From Chloroflexota bacterium (GTDB lineage Bacteria > Chloroflexota > Limnocylindria > Limnocylindrales > CSP1-4), in assembly GCA_043743315.1 (NCBI GenBank), contig JAYTWS010000066.1, positions 1 through 47,042 of the forward strand: 47,042 nucleotides of DNA, given 5' to 3'. How positions within the stretch are numbered: position 1 is the first letter of the stretch; the number at the start of each line of letters is the position of its first letter. The translations under genes were made by a program, and so were the position numbers. Shown one piece after another: positions 1 to 7,733 of the stretch. The notes beneath the pieces were generated by a model. The model saw only the letters and a program-made list of their open reading frames with translations, was not told the origin of the DNA and did no database searches.

Positions 1-854
1 CAGGCCGCGAACACCAGTTCAGGGGATGCCTGCGTGATCTCGATCCCGTCGGCCGAGACGTGCGGCTCGAACGATCCTCCGGGCAGTGTGACGAGCAAGT
101 TTGGTTCAAAGACGTCGACGACCCCGGAGCCGCCCAAGCTCGGCCCCGCTGACAGGGACCTCACCCAGGTTCTGGCGAGGACGGCCGTCCGGTAGGCGCA
201 GACATCGTCGATGGTCGTCAGCGTCAATCGGGACCCATCGGTCGACAGGGACGGGCGATAGCGACCGAGAACCTCAGGAGCGCATGGGGCGAGTTGCCGG
301 CCATCGAGGCTGATCGCAGCTGCCGACGAGACGGTGCCAAAAACGATCTCGGCTCCGGCGCCGAGCTGACCGACGGAGAAGACGAACCGGTCGCCAGGGC
401 CGCTGCTGACCCGCACCGACGCATCAACGCCGGACGCTGAGAAGACAAGGAAGACTCGCGCCGGGCCGGACGGATCTCCGAATGAGAGTCCGTCCGGCTT
501 GTCGGCCAGCCACGTTTGACGGAGGGCTGAGTCGGCGGGCGGGAGGCCGACGACCCCACTCGGCGAGGTCGACGGAGTCGCTGAGGGCGACGGAGTCGGC
601 CCGCCCACTGACGGCCCCAAACGTCCGAGTACCAGGGCGCCACCGACAACGACGACCGTGACCACCGCCACAGCGGCGCTCAGGCCACGGTCGCGCAAGA
701 GGGCGCGTGCCATCGAGGCCAAGAGCGGTGGGCGCACCTGCTCGATCGCCTCGATCGCATCGACGATCGAAATCGTCACCCGCTCCGGCGCCTGGTCCGG
801 CATGAGATCCATCCACGCCTGGGTGATCCGCTCGAAGTCGCGGTCGTTGGTCAT
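1..854 (-). CDS. ECF-sigma-associated single-pass membrane protein, putative anti-sigma factor (C-terminal part runs off the window edge)
   Basis: The minus-strand frame is open from ATG (854-852) to the window edge. I checked every tca/cta/tta triplet in this frame and found none. It is absent from the ORF track only because it has no stop inside the window. Its ATG overlaps the sigma-factor TGA (ATGA at 851-854). Translation begins MTNDRDFERITQAWMDLMPDQAPERV..., followed by one hydrophobic helix (LSAAVAVVTVVVVGGALVLG), a P/S/T-rich linker and an outer domain. Third codon positions are G/C-rich. Confidence 0.5.
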   Translation of the reverse strand, partial: MTNDRDFERITQAWMDLMPDQAPERVTISIVDAIEAIEQVRPPLLASMARALLRDRGLSAAVAVVTVVVVGGALVLGRLGPSVGGPTPSPSATPSTSPSGVVGLPPADSALRQTWLADKPDGLSFGDPSGPARVFLVFSASGVDASVRVSSGPGDRFVFSVGQLGAGAEIVFGTVSSAAAISLDGRQLAPCAPEVLGRYRPSLSTDGSRLTLTTIDDVCAYRTAVLARTWVRSLSAGPSLGGSGVVDVFEPNLLVTLPGGSFEPHVSADGIEITQASPELVFAA

Positions 855-1399
855 GCCATCCGTCCTTCCGACGCGGACGGCGCCGTTTCGGCATCGAGCG
901 CCTCCCGGAGCGTCCTGATCGCGTAGTGGAGCCGGGAACGGGCGGTCCCGGCGGGAATGCCAAGCGATTCGGCAATCTCGACCAGCGGCAGCCCGACATG
1001 GTGATGGAGGACGAACACCGCTCGCTGCTCAGCGGTCAGGCGTCGGAAGGCCCGATCGAGGGCGTCACGGTCGCCGATCGACAGGATCTCGTCCGATGCG
1101 GCAGGCCCCTCGATCGGAAGGACCCGTACGTTCGCGGCCCAGGTCCGGCGCCTTCGTGCCTCCGCATAGCAGGCATGGACCAGCAGTTTCCGGAGCCACG
1201 CTTCAAATCGCTCCGGGTCCCGGAGGGCCGGGAGCTGACGCCAGGCTGTGATGAATGCCGCCTGCATGGCGTCCTCGGCCAGGTGCGTGTCGCGCAGGAT
1301 GCGAGTCGCGATCGCGAACATCCGATCGGTGGTCAGGCCGACGAGGGCGCCGAACGCCTCGCGGTCGCCGCGCATCGCCTGTTCGACGATTTCGCGCAC
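851..1399 (-). CDS. RNA polymerase ECF-type sigma-70 family factor
   Basis: 182 aa. Region 2 (FGALVGLTTDRMFAIATRILRDTHLAEDAMQAAFITAWRQLPALRD) and region 4 (LTAEQRAVFVLHHHVGLPLVEIAESLGIPAGTARSRLHYA) are both recognisable. GTG start, with GGAGGG 5 nt upstream. Confidence 0.9.
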   Translation of the reverse strand: MREIVEQAMRGDREAFGALVGLTTDRMFAIATRILRDTHLAEDAMQAAFITAWRQLPALRDPERFEAWLRKLLVHACYAEARRRRTWAANVRVLPIEGPAASDEILSIGDRDALDRAFRRLTAEQRAVFVLHHHVGLPLVEIAESLGIPAGTARSRLHYAIRTLREALDAETAPSASEGRMA

Positions 1400-1518
1400 T
1401 CAGCCCTCCATCCAAACCAGACCCTGCGTCCTACACCACATTGAGTCTCCATCGCATGTCGAACGTTCACAAGGTTTAGGAATAGCCCCGCGGCCGACCG
1501 ATCCGGAGAAGCGACGTC

Positions 1519-1563
1519 GTGATGATGCGCATAGCATCACATTGATGCTGCTATGATGCGTCG
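1519..1563 (+). promoter_or_regulatory. Candidate vapBC promoter/operator: TGATGC-type repeats plus a TATGAT -10 hexamer
   Basis: The sequence is GTGATGATGCGCATAGCATCACATTGATGCTGCTATGATGCGTCG. It contains the inverted repeat GTGATG(1519-1524)/CATCAC(1535-1540) around the palindrome ATGCGCAT, and two further direct TGATGC copies. TATGAT (1552-1557) lies exactly 6 nt before the vapB ATG at 1564. Confidence 0.4.
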
Positions 1564-1821
1564 ATGAGAACCACGGTTACCCTGGATGAGGACGTCGCCG
1601 CTCGGTTGCGGCGCCTGACCCGCGAGCGCAGGATCTCGTTCAAGGAAGCCGTCAACTCGACGCTACGAGCGGGCCTCTCGGGCGAGCCACGAGCAACCCC
1701 CTACCAATTGCCGGCCTACCCGATGGGCGTCCGTCCCAATATCGACCTCGATAGGGCCATGCAGCTGGACGCGGCGCTCGACGACGAGGAGATCATCCGC
1801 AAGCTCGAGATCCGGAAGTGA
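1564..1821 (+). CDS. vapB: Type II antitoxin, VapB-like (ribbon-helix-helix type)
   Basis: 85 aa. The N-terminus MRTTVTLDEDVAARLRRLTRERRISFKEAVNSTLR is typical of antitoxins paired with PIN toxins. The stop overlaps the downstream PIN gene start (GTGA at 1818-1821). Confidence 0.8.
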   Translation: MRTTVTLDEDVAARLRRLTRERRISFKEAVNSTLRAGLSGEPRATPYQLPAYPMGVRPNIDLDRAMQLDAALDDEEIIRKLEIRK

Positions 1822-2249
1822 TCCTGACCGACGTCAACCTGCTCCTGTACGCGGTCGACTCGACGTCGCCTCGACACGCCGGCGCGCGTGACTGGCTGGA
1901 GCGTCGACTCTCTGGCTCCGAATCGTTCGCCTTCTCATGGTCGGTCCTCACCGCGTTCATCCGCCTGAGCACCCGACCGGCGGTCTTCGAGCGACCGCTC
2001 ACGACGCCGCAGGCCTTCGACCTCGTGACCGGATGGCTGGCCCAGCCGCCGGTCGTGGTCCTCCACCCGACCGAGACGCATCACATCGCCCTCAGGGAGC
2101 TCCTCGAACCGCTCGGCACGGCCGGCAACCTCGTGCCAGACGCGCACCTCGCCGCCCTGGCGGTCGAGCACGGCGCAACAATTGCCTCGAGCGACCGGGA
2201 CTTCGGCAGGTTCGCCGGCGTGCGATGGACAGACCCGCTCAGGGCCTGA
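1818..2249 (+). CDS. vapC: Type II toxin, PIN-domain ribonuclease VapC
   Basis: 143 aa. The PIN acidic residues sit in the expected contexts (MILTDVNLLLYA..., ...NLVPDAHLAALAVEHGATIASSDRDFGRF). It is translationally coupled to vapB. Confidence 0.85.
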   Translation: MILTDVNLLLYAVDSTSPRHAGARDWLERRLSGSESFAFSWSVLTAFIRLSTRPAVFERPLTTPQAFDLVTGWLAQPPVVVLHPTETHHIALRELLEPLGTAGNLVPDAHLAALAVEHGATIASSDRDFGRFAGVRWTDPLRA

Positions 2250-2312
2250 GGGCTGCGACAGGACGAGTTGTGTCAGCCGCCTCGGAGCCCTGTGGTCCGG
2301 GTATCTGGTCGA

Positions 2313-2468
2313 TCAGGCGCGGTCCTGATCGAGCTCGAGCGAATCCTCGTCCGTCTCTTCAGTCAGCTTGAGCCACACGAACAGGCCCGCCAGAACGATC
2401 AGCGGGATGACCACCATGGCGCCGAGGGTGATCCCCAGCGCGACGGCGACGGTCTTGAGAGCACGCAT
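2313..2468 (-). CDS. Small (51 aa) single-pass membrane protein with an acidic tail
   Basis: Too short for the ORF track. Translated by hand: MRALKTVAVALGITLGAMVVIPLIVLAGLFVWLKLTEETDEDSLELDQDRA. A GGAGGGGG Shine-Dalgarno lies about 6 nt upstream of the ATG. Third positions are G/C-rich. It starts 32 nt after the stop of the upstream 175-aa gene on the same strand. Confidence 0.5.
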   Translation of the reverse strand: MRALKTVAVALGITLGAMVVIPLIVLAGLFVWLKLTEETDEDSLELDQDRA

Positions 2469-2500
2469 TCCGTTCCCCCTCCTGGTACGGCGATGGTCGG

Positions 2501-3028
2501 TCAGTTGGCAGCGCCCTGCGCGCCGGTGGGTCGAGGCGGCAGCCGGAATGTCGGTCCGCGGGCGATGAGCGCCTCGACGTCTTCGCGGGTGAACTCCGCG
2601 AGCTCGTGATGATCCGCGTTCTGGGTGACGACATGGAGCCGCAGGACGAACGCCCCGTCCTGTTCGAAGAAGAACATGTCCTTGGGCTTTTGCTCGTCGA
2701 TGTAGTGACCGATGACCCGGAAGGCATGCTCATAACGACCGGGTGGCGGCAGCTGCGCCTTCGGCCCGGTTCCACGACGAGCGATGGATTCATCCATGAA
2801 CTTGCCGATGTCCTCGTCCAGGAAGGTCATCGTTTCCTTGGTCATCTGGCCGATCGTCTCCGACCATGTACTCGCCGAGGACCCGACACGGGCGAGGCCC
2901 TGGACGATGAACCCGTCGGGCGCCTCCATCACGATGACGTCCTTCATCCCGCGCTGGTCGAGGTAGGCACCGATGGACCGGAGGACCTCCTCGAAATCTT
3001 GGCGAGGGCTCCCGTCATAGATGCGCAT
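2501..3028 (-). CDS. Hypothetical protein built from two copies of one module of about 70 aa
   Basis: 175 aa with GGGAGAA upstream of the ATG. There is an internal duplication. Compare DFEEVLRSIGAYLDQRGMKDVIVMEAPDGFIVQG...LDEDIGKFMDESIARRG with YEHAFRVIGHYIDEQKPKDMFFFEQDGAFVLRL...TREDVEALIARG. I do not recognise the family. Confidence 0.65.
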   Translation of the reverse strand: MRIYDGSPRQDFEEVLRSIGAYLDQRGMKDVIVMEAPDGFIVQGLARVGSSASTWSETIGQMTKETMTFLDEDIGKFMDESIARRGTGPKAQLPPPGRYEHAFRVIGHYIDEQKPKDMFFFEQDGAFVLRLHVVTQNADHHELAEFTREDVEALIARGPTFRLPPRPTGAQGAAN

Positions 3029-3064
3029 GGATTCTCCCTGCTGCCAGTGGCATGTGGGCGGCCC

Positions 3065-4033
3065 CTAGGAGCCAGTCGTTCGATCGTACAGGCCCGCCTG
3101 CTTCGCGCGTCGGTCGCTGATCCGGAAGACGGCTACTGCGCCGAGTGTAACGAGGGCCCCCGTGACGAGCAAACCAAGAACGATCTCGGTTGGCGTCGGT
3201 TGGGCGTGCCCGAAGAGGCTGGCGAACAGGGTCCCGTCGCCGCCGATCGAACCCGGGCCATCCACGAACAACGCCCGGCGAACCCCGGCGATCCACCAGC
3301 TCAAGGGGGTGAGCAGGCCGATGACCTGGACGGGTGCCGGCAGAACGCCGAGTGGAAACACGGCGCCCGCCACGAGAAAGATCGCGCCTGCGAACGCCTC
3401 TGGGTAGCTCCACGACTCCTGGCGCGTCTGGATGACGATGCCGGCCATCAGGAGGCCGATACCGATGATCGAGCCGAGGCCGAGGACGAAGACGGCTGCA
3501 AGGAGCAGCCAGTCCACGGTCGCGGGCTCAAAGGGCACGCCAAGCGCCGTGACGCCGACCGCGAGCGTGATCACGGCGCCGGCCAGGCCGACCCCCAGGC
3601 GCGCGACGCCACGCCCGATCAGGACGGTCAGGAAATCGCTCGGGCTGACGTACACGTACTTCAGAACGCGGTAGCGCTCACGGTCCTCGAGGATCGACCA
3701 GGCGAGGCCGGCGATGCCGCTCACCACGAACGCCCAGAGAGCACTTCCGACGACCACGAACGGGCGGAAGGCACGGCCCGCCTCCCCACCGATGACCTCG
3801 AGCATGACCACGAGGATCAGCGCCGAACTCACCGGCTTGGCGACCGAGTAGATGAAGAACAGGAATGGGTCGGTCCAGTTGGCCTCGAGTTGCCAACCGA
3901 GACGCACTGCCACCGCGAACGTCCGGAGGCGGTCCTCGAGGCCGCGGCCATCAGCCTTCCTGAAATCGAAGAGCGCGGCGGTGCCGCCCGTCCCCGGATC
4001 CGGCCCCGGAACGGGGGCCGCCGCGGCGGTCAT
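3065..4033 (-). CDS. ABC-2 type transporter permease (second permease of the operon)
   Basis: Multi-helix hydrophobic protein with an ABC-2-like layout. I chose the start at ATG 4033 (MTAAAAPVPG...) because the longer ORF to 4126 would overlap the upstream permease by 77 nt. Confidence 0.8.
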   Translation of the reverse strand: MTAAAAPVPGPDPGTGGTAALFDFRKADGRGLEDRLRTFAVAVRLGWQLEANWTDPFLFFIYSVAKPVSSALILVVMLEVIGGEAGRAFRPFVVVGSALWAFVVSGIAGLAWSILEDRERYRVLKYVYVSPSDFLTVLIGRGVARLGVGLAGAVITLAVGVTALGVPFEPATVDWLLLAAVFVLGLGSIIGIGLLMAGIVIQTRQESWSYPEAFAGAIFLVAGAVFPLGVLPAPVQVIGLLTPLSWWIAGVRRALFVDGPGSIGGDGTLFASLFGHAQPTPTEIVLGLLVTGALVTLGAVAVFRISDRRAKQAGLYDRTTGS

Positions 4034-4049
4034 GGCCGAGGCCCCCGAT

Positions 4050-4937
4050 TCACTGCCAGCGGACCGATAGCCGCCCGTCACGGCGTGCTCGCCGCTCCAT
4101 CTTGAGCAGCATCCAGCGCGCGCCAACGATTGACACGACGGTCATCACCCCAAGGATCGCGACCTCGACGAGCGGGGCCGGCGTCCCGACGGGAAACGGG
4201 GCATCCGCGAACACGAGCTGGCGCATGGCGTCGAGGCCGGTGGCAAGTGGGATGAACGCGACGGACAGGGCGCCGAGGAACCCGAGCCGCGCGACGGGGA
4301 AGTTCAGCCCGGACACGAAGTAGACCGGCTCGGTCAGCATCTGGCCGAGATGCCACGCCTCACGGCCCCAGACCAGGAACAGGCTCGCCAGGACCATGCC
4401 GAGCCCATACAGCGCACCCAGGGTCAACATGAACACGCTGAACAGAAGCGCCCACTGATCGACGCGAAAGGTGACACCGAAGAGCGTGCCCGCGATGAGC
4501 AGCACCGCGAGCGCCCGGGTGGAGCTCATGAACATGCCACCCAGCGCCATCCCGAACAGGATCGACATGAAGTGCATCGGCGCGGCGAAGTACAACTCCA
4601 GGTTGCCCTGGCTCTTCTCCCACCACAGCTGGTTTGCCATCATCCAGATGACGTTCAGCCAGAACGCGGTCAGTGCGCCGCCCAGGACCACGAACCCGAC
4701 GTAGGCCTGCGGCGCGCCGATGGCCCGGTAGACGAACACGAATGCAGACGTCGAGAGGAACGGCAGAAGGATCTCGAACAGCACCCACGATGGCTCACGC
4801 ATGAGCCCGATGATTCGCGGGTAGGCACGTCCCCGCACGGACCGAAGATCGGTCATGAGCTCCTGGCGTCGAGTCCAGTTCGCGTCCTGGCGCGGGCCCG
4901 CCCCGGAGCGGCCCACGAAATCGATCGGCGCGACCAT
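4050..4937 (-). CDS. ABC-2 type transporter permease (first permease)
   Basis: 295 aa with six hydrophobic segments and an ABC-2-like layout. Its ATG shares one base with the ATPase stop (TGATG at 4935-4939). Confidence 0.8.
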   Translation of the reverse strand: MVAPIDFVGRSGAGPRQDANWTRRQELMTDLRSVRGRAYPRIIGLMREPSWVLFEILLPFLSTSAFVFVYRAIGAPQAYVGFVVLGGALTAFWLNVIWMMANQLWWEKSQGNLELYFAAPMHFMSILFGMALGGMFMSSTRALAVLLIAGTLFGVTFRVDQWALLFSVFMLTLGALYGLGMVLASLFLVWGREAWHLGQMLTEPVYFVSGLNFPVARLGFLGALSVAFIPLATGLDAMRQLVFADAPFPVGTPAPLVEVAILGVMTVVSIVGARWMLLKMERRARRDGRLSVRWQ

Positions 4938-5965
4938 CAGGCCGGGACCTCGCCCGAGTCCACATCGGATTCCGCGAAGCCGCGGCCGACGAGCTCGACG
5001 AAGACGTCCTCGAGCGTCGGCTCCGACTTCCGCAGGCCCAGGATCTGCGATCCGGTTCGGGCCAGCGCGCCGACCACCTGGCCGAGGGCGCCGTCATCTT
5101 CGAGGACCAGGTTCATGACCACGGTCTGTCGGGCCGCAGCGTCGAGGGACGCGGCGGCCTCGCTGGCCGATACGACGCCGGGCAGGATCGCGATCGACGC
5201 AGCGCCGCCATCGAGGTGGTCCAACTCCAGCCGAAAGATCGATTCGCGCTGGACGCGGCGCTTGAGTTCCGCGGGCGATCCGATCGCGAGGATCCGACCG
5301 CGATCGACGATGGCGATCCGATCGCACAGTTCGTCCGCCTCGGCCATGTAATGCGTCGTGATGAGGATCGTCCGGCCCGGCACGGCCTGCTTCCAGTCGA
5401 CGATGAGCGCGCGCAGGGAGCGGGCGGCGGACACATCCAGCCCGAGCGTCGGCTCGTCGAGGAACAGGATCCATGGATCGTTGAGGAGCCCCCGCGCGAG
5501 GTTCATCTTCTGGCGCTGCCCGGTCGAGAGCGTGCTGACCCGTTGGAGCCGCTGCTCCGCGAGCCCGACCGCTTCGATGAGCTCGTCGACCCGCCGCCAG
5601 CCGTCGCCGCCGGTCAGGCCGTAGAACTGGGTGAACATCCAGAGTTGCTCGCGGACCGTGAGAATCCCGTACCCGGACTGCTCGCCGCCCGCGACTATGT
5701 TCATGATCCGGCGGATTTTCGTGGTGTCGTGCTCGACATCGAAGCCGAAGACGCGCGCCTGGCCCGACGAGGGCAGCAGCAGGGTGGTGAGGATCTTGAT
5801 CAGCGTGGTTTTGCCGGCTCCGTTCGGACCGAGCAGGCCGAAGAACTCGCCGGGTTCCACCCGCAGGTCAATGCCCTCGAGGGCCACGACGGGCGCGGGT
5901 TTGGCCGCGTAGACACGACGAACCGCGTCCACCTCGATCGCGAACGGCGGGATCGCGTCGTTCAT
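4937..5965 (-). CDS. ABC transporter ATP-binding protein (DrrA/ABC-2 subfamily-like, with a C-terminal extra domain)
   Basis: Walker A GPNGAGKTT, signature LSTGQRQK and Walker B ILFLDEPT are present. I chose the start at ATG 5965 (MNDAIPPFAIEVD...), which overlaps the upstream stop (ATGA at 5962-5965). The 79-aa extension of the tracked ORF is R-rich and looks non-coding. Confidence 0.9.
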   Translation of the reverse strand: MNDAIPPFAIEVDAVRRVYAAKPAPVVALEGIDLRVEPGEFFGLLGPNGAGKTTLIKILTTLLLPSSGQARVFGFDVEHDTTKIRRIMNIVAGGEQSGYGILTVREQLWMFTQFYGLTGGDGWRRVDELIEAVGLAEQRLQRVSTLSTGQRQKMNLARGLLNDPWILFLDEPTLGLDVSAARSLRALIVDWKQAVPGRTILITTHYMAEADELCDRIAIVDRGRILAIGSPAELKRRVQRESIFRLELDHLDGGAASIAILPGVVSASEAAASLDAAARQTVVMNLVLEDDGALGQVVGALARTGSQILGLRKSEPTLEDVFVELVGRGFAESDVDSGEVPA

Positions 5966-6777
5966 GGGCGGGGCGGTCGTGGAAAGAAGCCGCTGGTCCG
6001 TCGCGCGTAGTCGGCGTAGCCGGGCCGCCGTTCGCCGATGGTCCGCTCCAGCAACCCTGCGCCCGACACCCGGATGAGCAGGATCGACATCACGATCGGC
6101 CCGACCACGGTCCACCAGGCGCCGATCGAGGCGGCGATCAGGAAGATGCCCCACCACACGCAGAAATCGCCGAAGTAGTTGGGATGCCGCGTGTACCGCC
6201 ACAGGCCTCGATCCATGACCTCACCCTTGTTGTCCGGGTTCCGCTTGAAGGCCGCAAGCTGGAGATCTCCGACGGTCTCGAAGACGAGACCCAGCGCCCA
6301 CAGGCCGAAACCGGCCACCGCCAGTGGTGCGTCGGTCGGGATCATCGTGGTCGCAACCTGTGCCGGTAGCGAAACGACCCAGGCGAGGAGGGCCTGGAGC
6401 AGGAAGACGACAACCAGGCTGGTGAGCGGGAACCGCGGGCCGATCCGCTTGCGCATCCGGACATAGCGCTGATCTTCACCCTTGCCCAGGTTCCGCCCCG
6501 CGAGGTAGAGGGATAGGCGCAGACCCCAGATCGTGACCAGGATCGGGATGATCAGGGCCGTCGTCGGCGGATACGCACCACCCTCGCACTGCTCCGGAAG
6601 ACAGGCAGGGCCCTGAAGCACCCAGACGCGGGCGTACTGCGCCCAGACGATCGCGACAAAGGCCATGCCCCAGAAGATGTCGACGATCGAGGCGTCGCGA
6701 ACGACCAGGGACACCAGCCAGAGACCGGTCATCAATCCTGCGATGACCACGAGGTTGCCGAGCAGGGCCTCGATCAT
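5962..6777 (-). CDS. DUF1295 / steroid-5-alpha-reductase-like polytopic membrane protein
   Basis: The C-terminal motif block GLWRYTRHPNYFGDFCVWWG is typical of the DUF1295/ICMT/5-alpha-reductase superfamily. Start at ATG 6777 (MIEALLGN...), overlapping the psuG stop (ATGA at 6774-6777). Confidence 0.8.
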   Translation of the reverse strand: MIEALLGNLVVIAGLMTGLWLVSLVVRDASIVDIFWGMAFVAIVWAQYARVWVLQGPACLPEQCEGGAYPPTTALIIPILVTIWGLRLSLYLAGRNLGKGEDQRYVRMRKRIGPRFPLTSLVVVFLLQALLAWVVSLPAQVATTMIPTDAPLAVAGFGLWALGLVFETVGDLQLAAFKRNPDNKGEVMDRGLWRYTRHPNYFGDFCVWWGIFLIAASIGAWWTVVGPIVMSILLIRVSGAGLLERTIGERRPGYADYARRTSGFFPRPPRP

Positions 6778-7733
6778 CGCGGCAGGTGCGCCAGCCAGAG
6801 CGCGATCTCGCCGGCCACCCGGGCGTCGTTGATGATCAGGGCCGTATTGGCACGGATCGACGCGCCATTGGTGATCTCGGCGATCCGGGCCAGGAGCCAC
6901 GGCGTGAGCGCGGGGCCGTGGATCGCGGCCTCATCTGCCTCACGGGCGGCTCGTTCCGCGACGGCACGAGCAACGTCATCGGGCAGCGCAACGTCGGCGG
7001 GCACCGGCACGCAGATGACGATCCCGCTGCCCAGGCCGAGGGCCAGGTGGGCCTCCGCGAGGGCCGCGGCCCCAGCGACATCCGGGACGTTCCACGGCGC
7101 GCGAATGCCGGCGGAACGCGCCGTGAATCCCGGGAGATCCACCTGTCCAACGGCCACGACCGGGACCCCGCGCGTTTCGAGGACCTCGAGTGTGGCGGGA
7201 ACATCGAGGATCGCTTTCGGGCCGGCGCACACGACGATCATCGGCGTCTTCGCGAGCTCCTCGAGATCGGATGAGATGTCGAACGTCGGCGGGTGGGTGG
7301 CATCGGGGCCACCAAGGGCTCCACGATGCACCCCGCCGATCCCGCCCGTGGCGAAGACCCGGATGCCGGCTGCGTGAGCTGCGATCATCGTGGCCGAGAC
7401 GGTGGTCGCGGACCAGCCTTTCCGCGTCAGCGCCGCCGAGAGGCTCGGGCGAGCCGCCTTCAGGACGCTCCCCAACGGCGCGGTTGCCAGTTCCTCGAGT
7501 GCCGCATCGTCGAGTCCAACGAGGATCCGGCCGTCCCGGATCGCGATGGTCGCCGGGACGGCGCCGGCCTCGCGGACGGCCGCTTCGGACGCCCGGGCCA
7601 CCTCCACGTTCTGGGGGTAGGGCAGGCCGTGGCTGATGAGCGTCGATTCAAGGGCGACGACGGGCCGCCCGGTCGCGAGGGCCTGGTCGATCTCCGACTT
7701 GATCGTGAGGCGGTCATGCAGGGACGCGGTCAT
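6774..7733 (-). CDS. psuG: Pseudouridine-5'-phosphate glycosidase
   Basis: 319 aa. The IndA/PsuG hallmarks are PVVALESTLISHGLPYPQN and TGGIGGVHRG. ATGA overlap with the upstream kinase (7730-7733). Confidence 0.9.
   Translation of the reverse strand: MTASLHDRLTIKSEIDQALATGRPVVALESTLISHGLPYPQNVEVARASEAAVREAGAVPATIAIRDGRILVGLDDAALEELATAPLGSVLKAARPSLSAALTRKGWSATTVSATMIAAHAAGIRVFATGGIGGVHRGALGGPDATHPPTFDISSDLEELAKTPMIVVCAGPKAILDVPATLEVLETRGVPVVAVGQVDLPGFTARSAGIRAPWNVPDVAGAAALAEAHLALGLGSGIVICVPVPADVALPDDVARAVAERAAREADEAAIHGPALTPWLLARIAEITNGASIRANTALIINDARVAGEIALWLAHLPR

Noticed and set aside
2606-4105. 499-aa plus-strand ORF
   Set aside because: It is antisense to the hypothetical gene and the ABC-2 permease gene. 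The composition is R/D/E/G/H-rich with no motifs. The opposite strand gives clean membrane-protein translations.
5966-6202. N-terminal extensions of tracked ORFs: ABC ATPase 5966-6202, ureohydrolase 13698-13922, DUF1295 6778-6900, DUF4389 16258-16437, sbcD 33485-33604, S51 34976-35116, mobA 40591-40998
   Set aside because: Each extension is R/P/G-rich and overlaps the upstream gene. Each is also made unnecessary by an internal ATG or GTG that either overlaps the upstream stop codon or follows a Shine-Dalgarno or -10 element.
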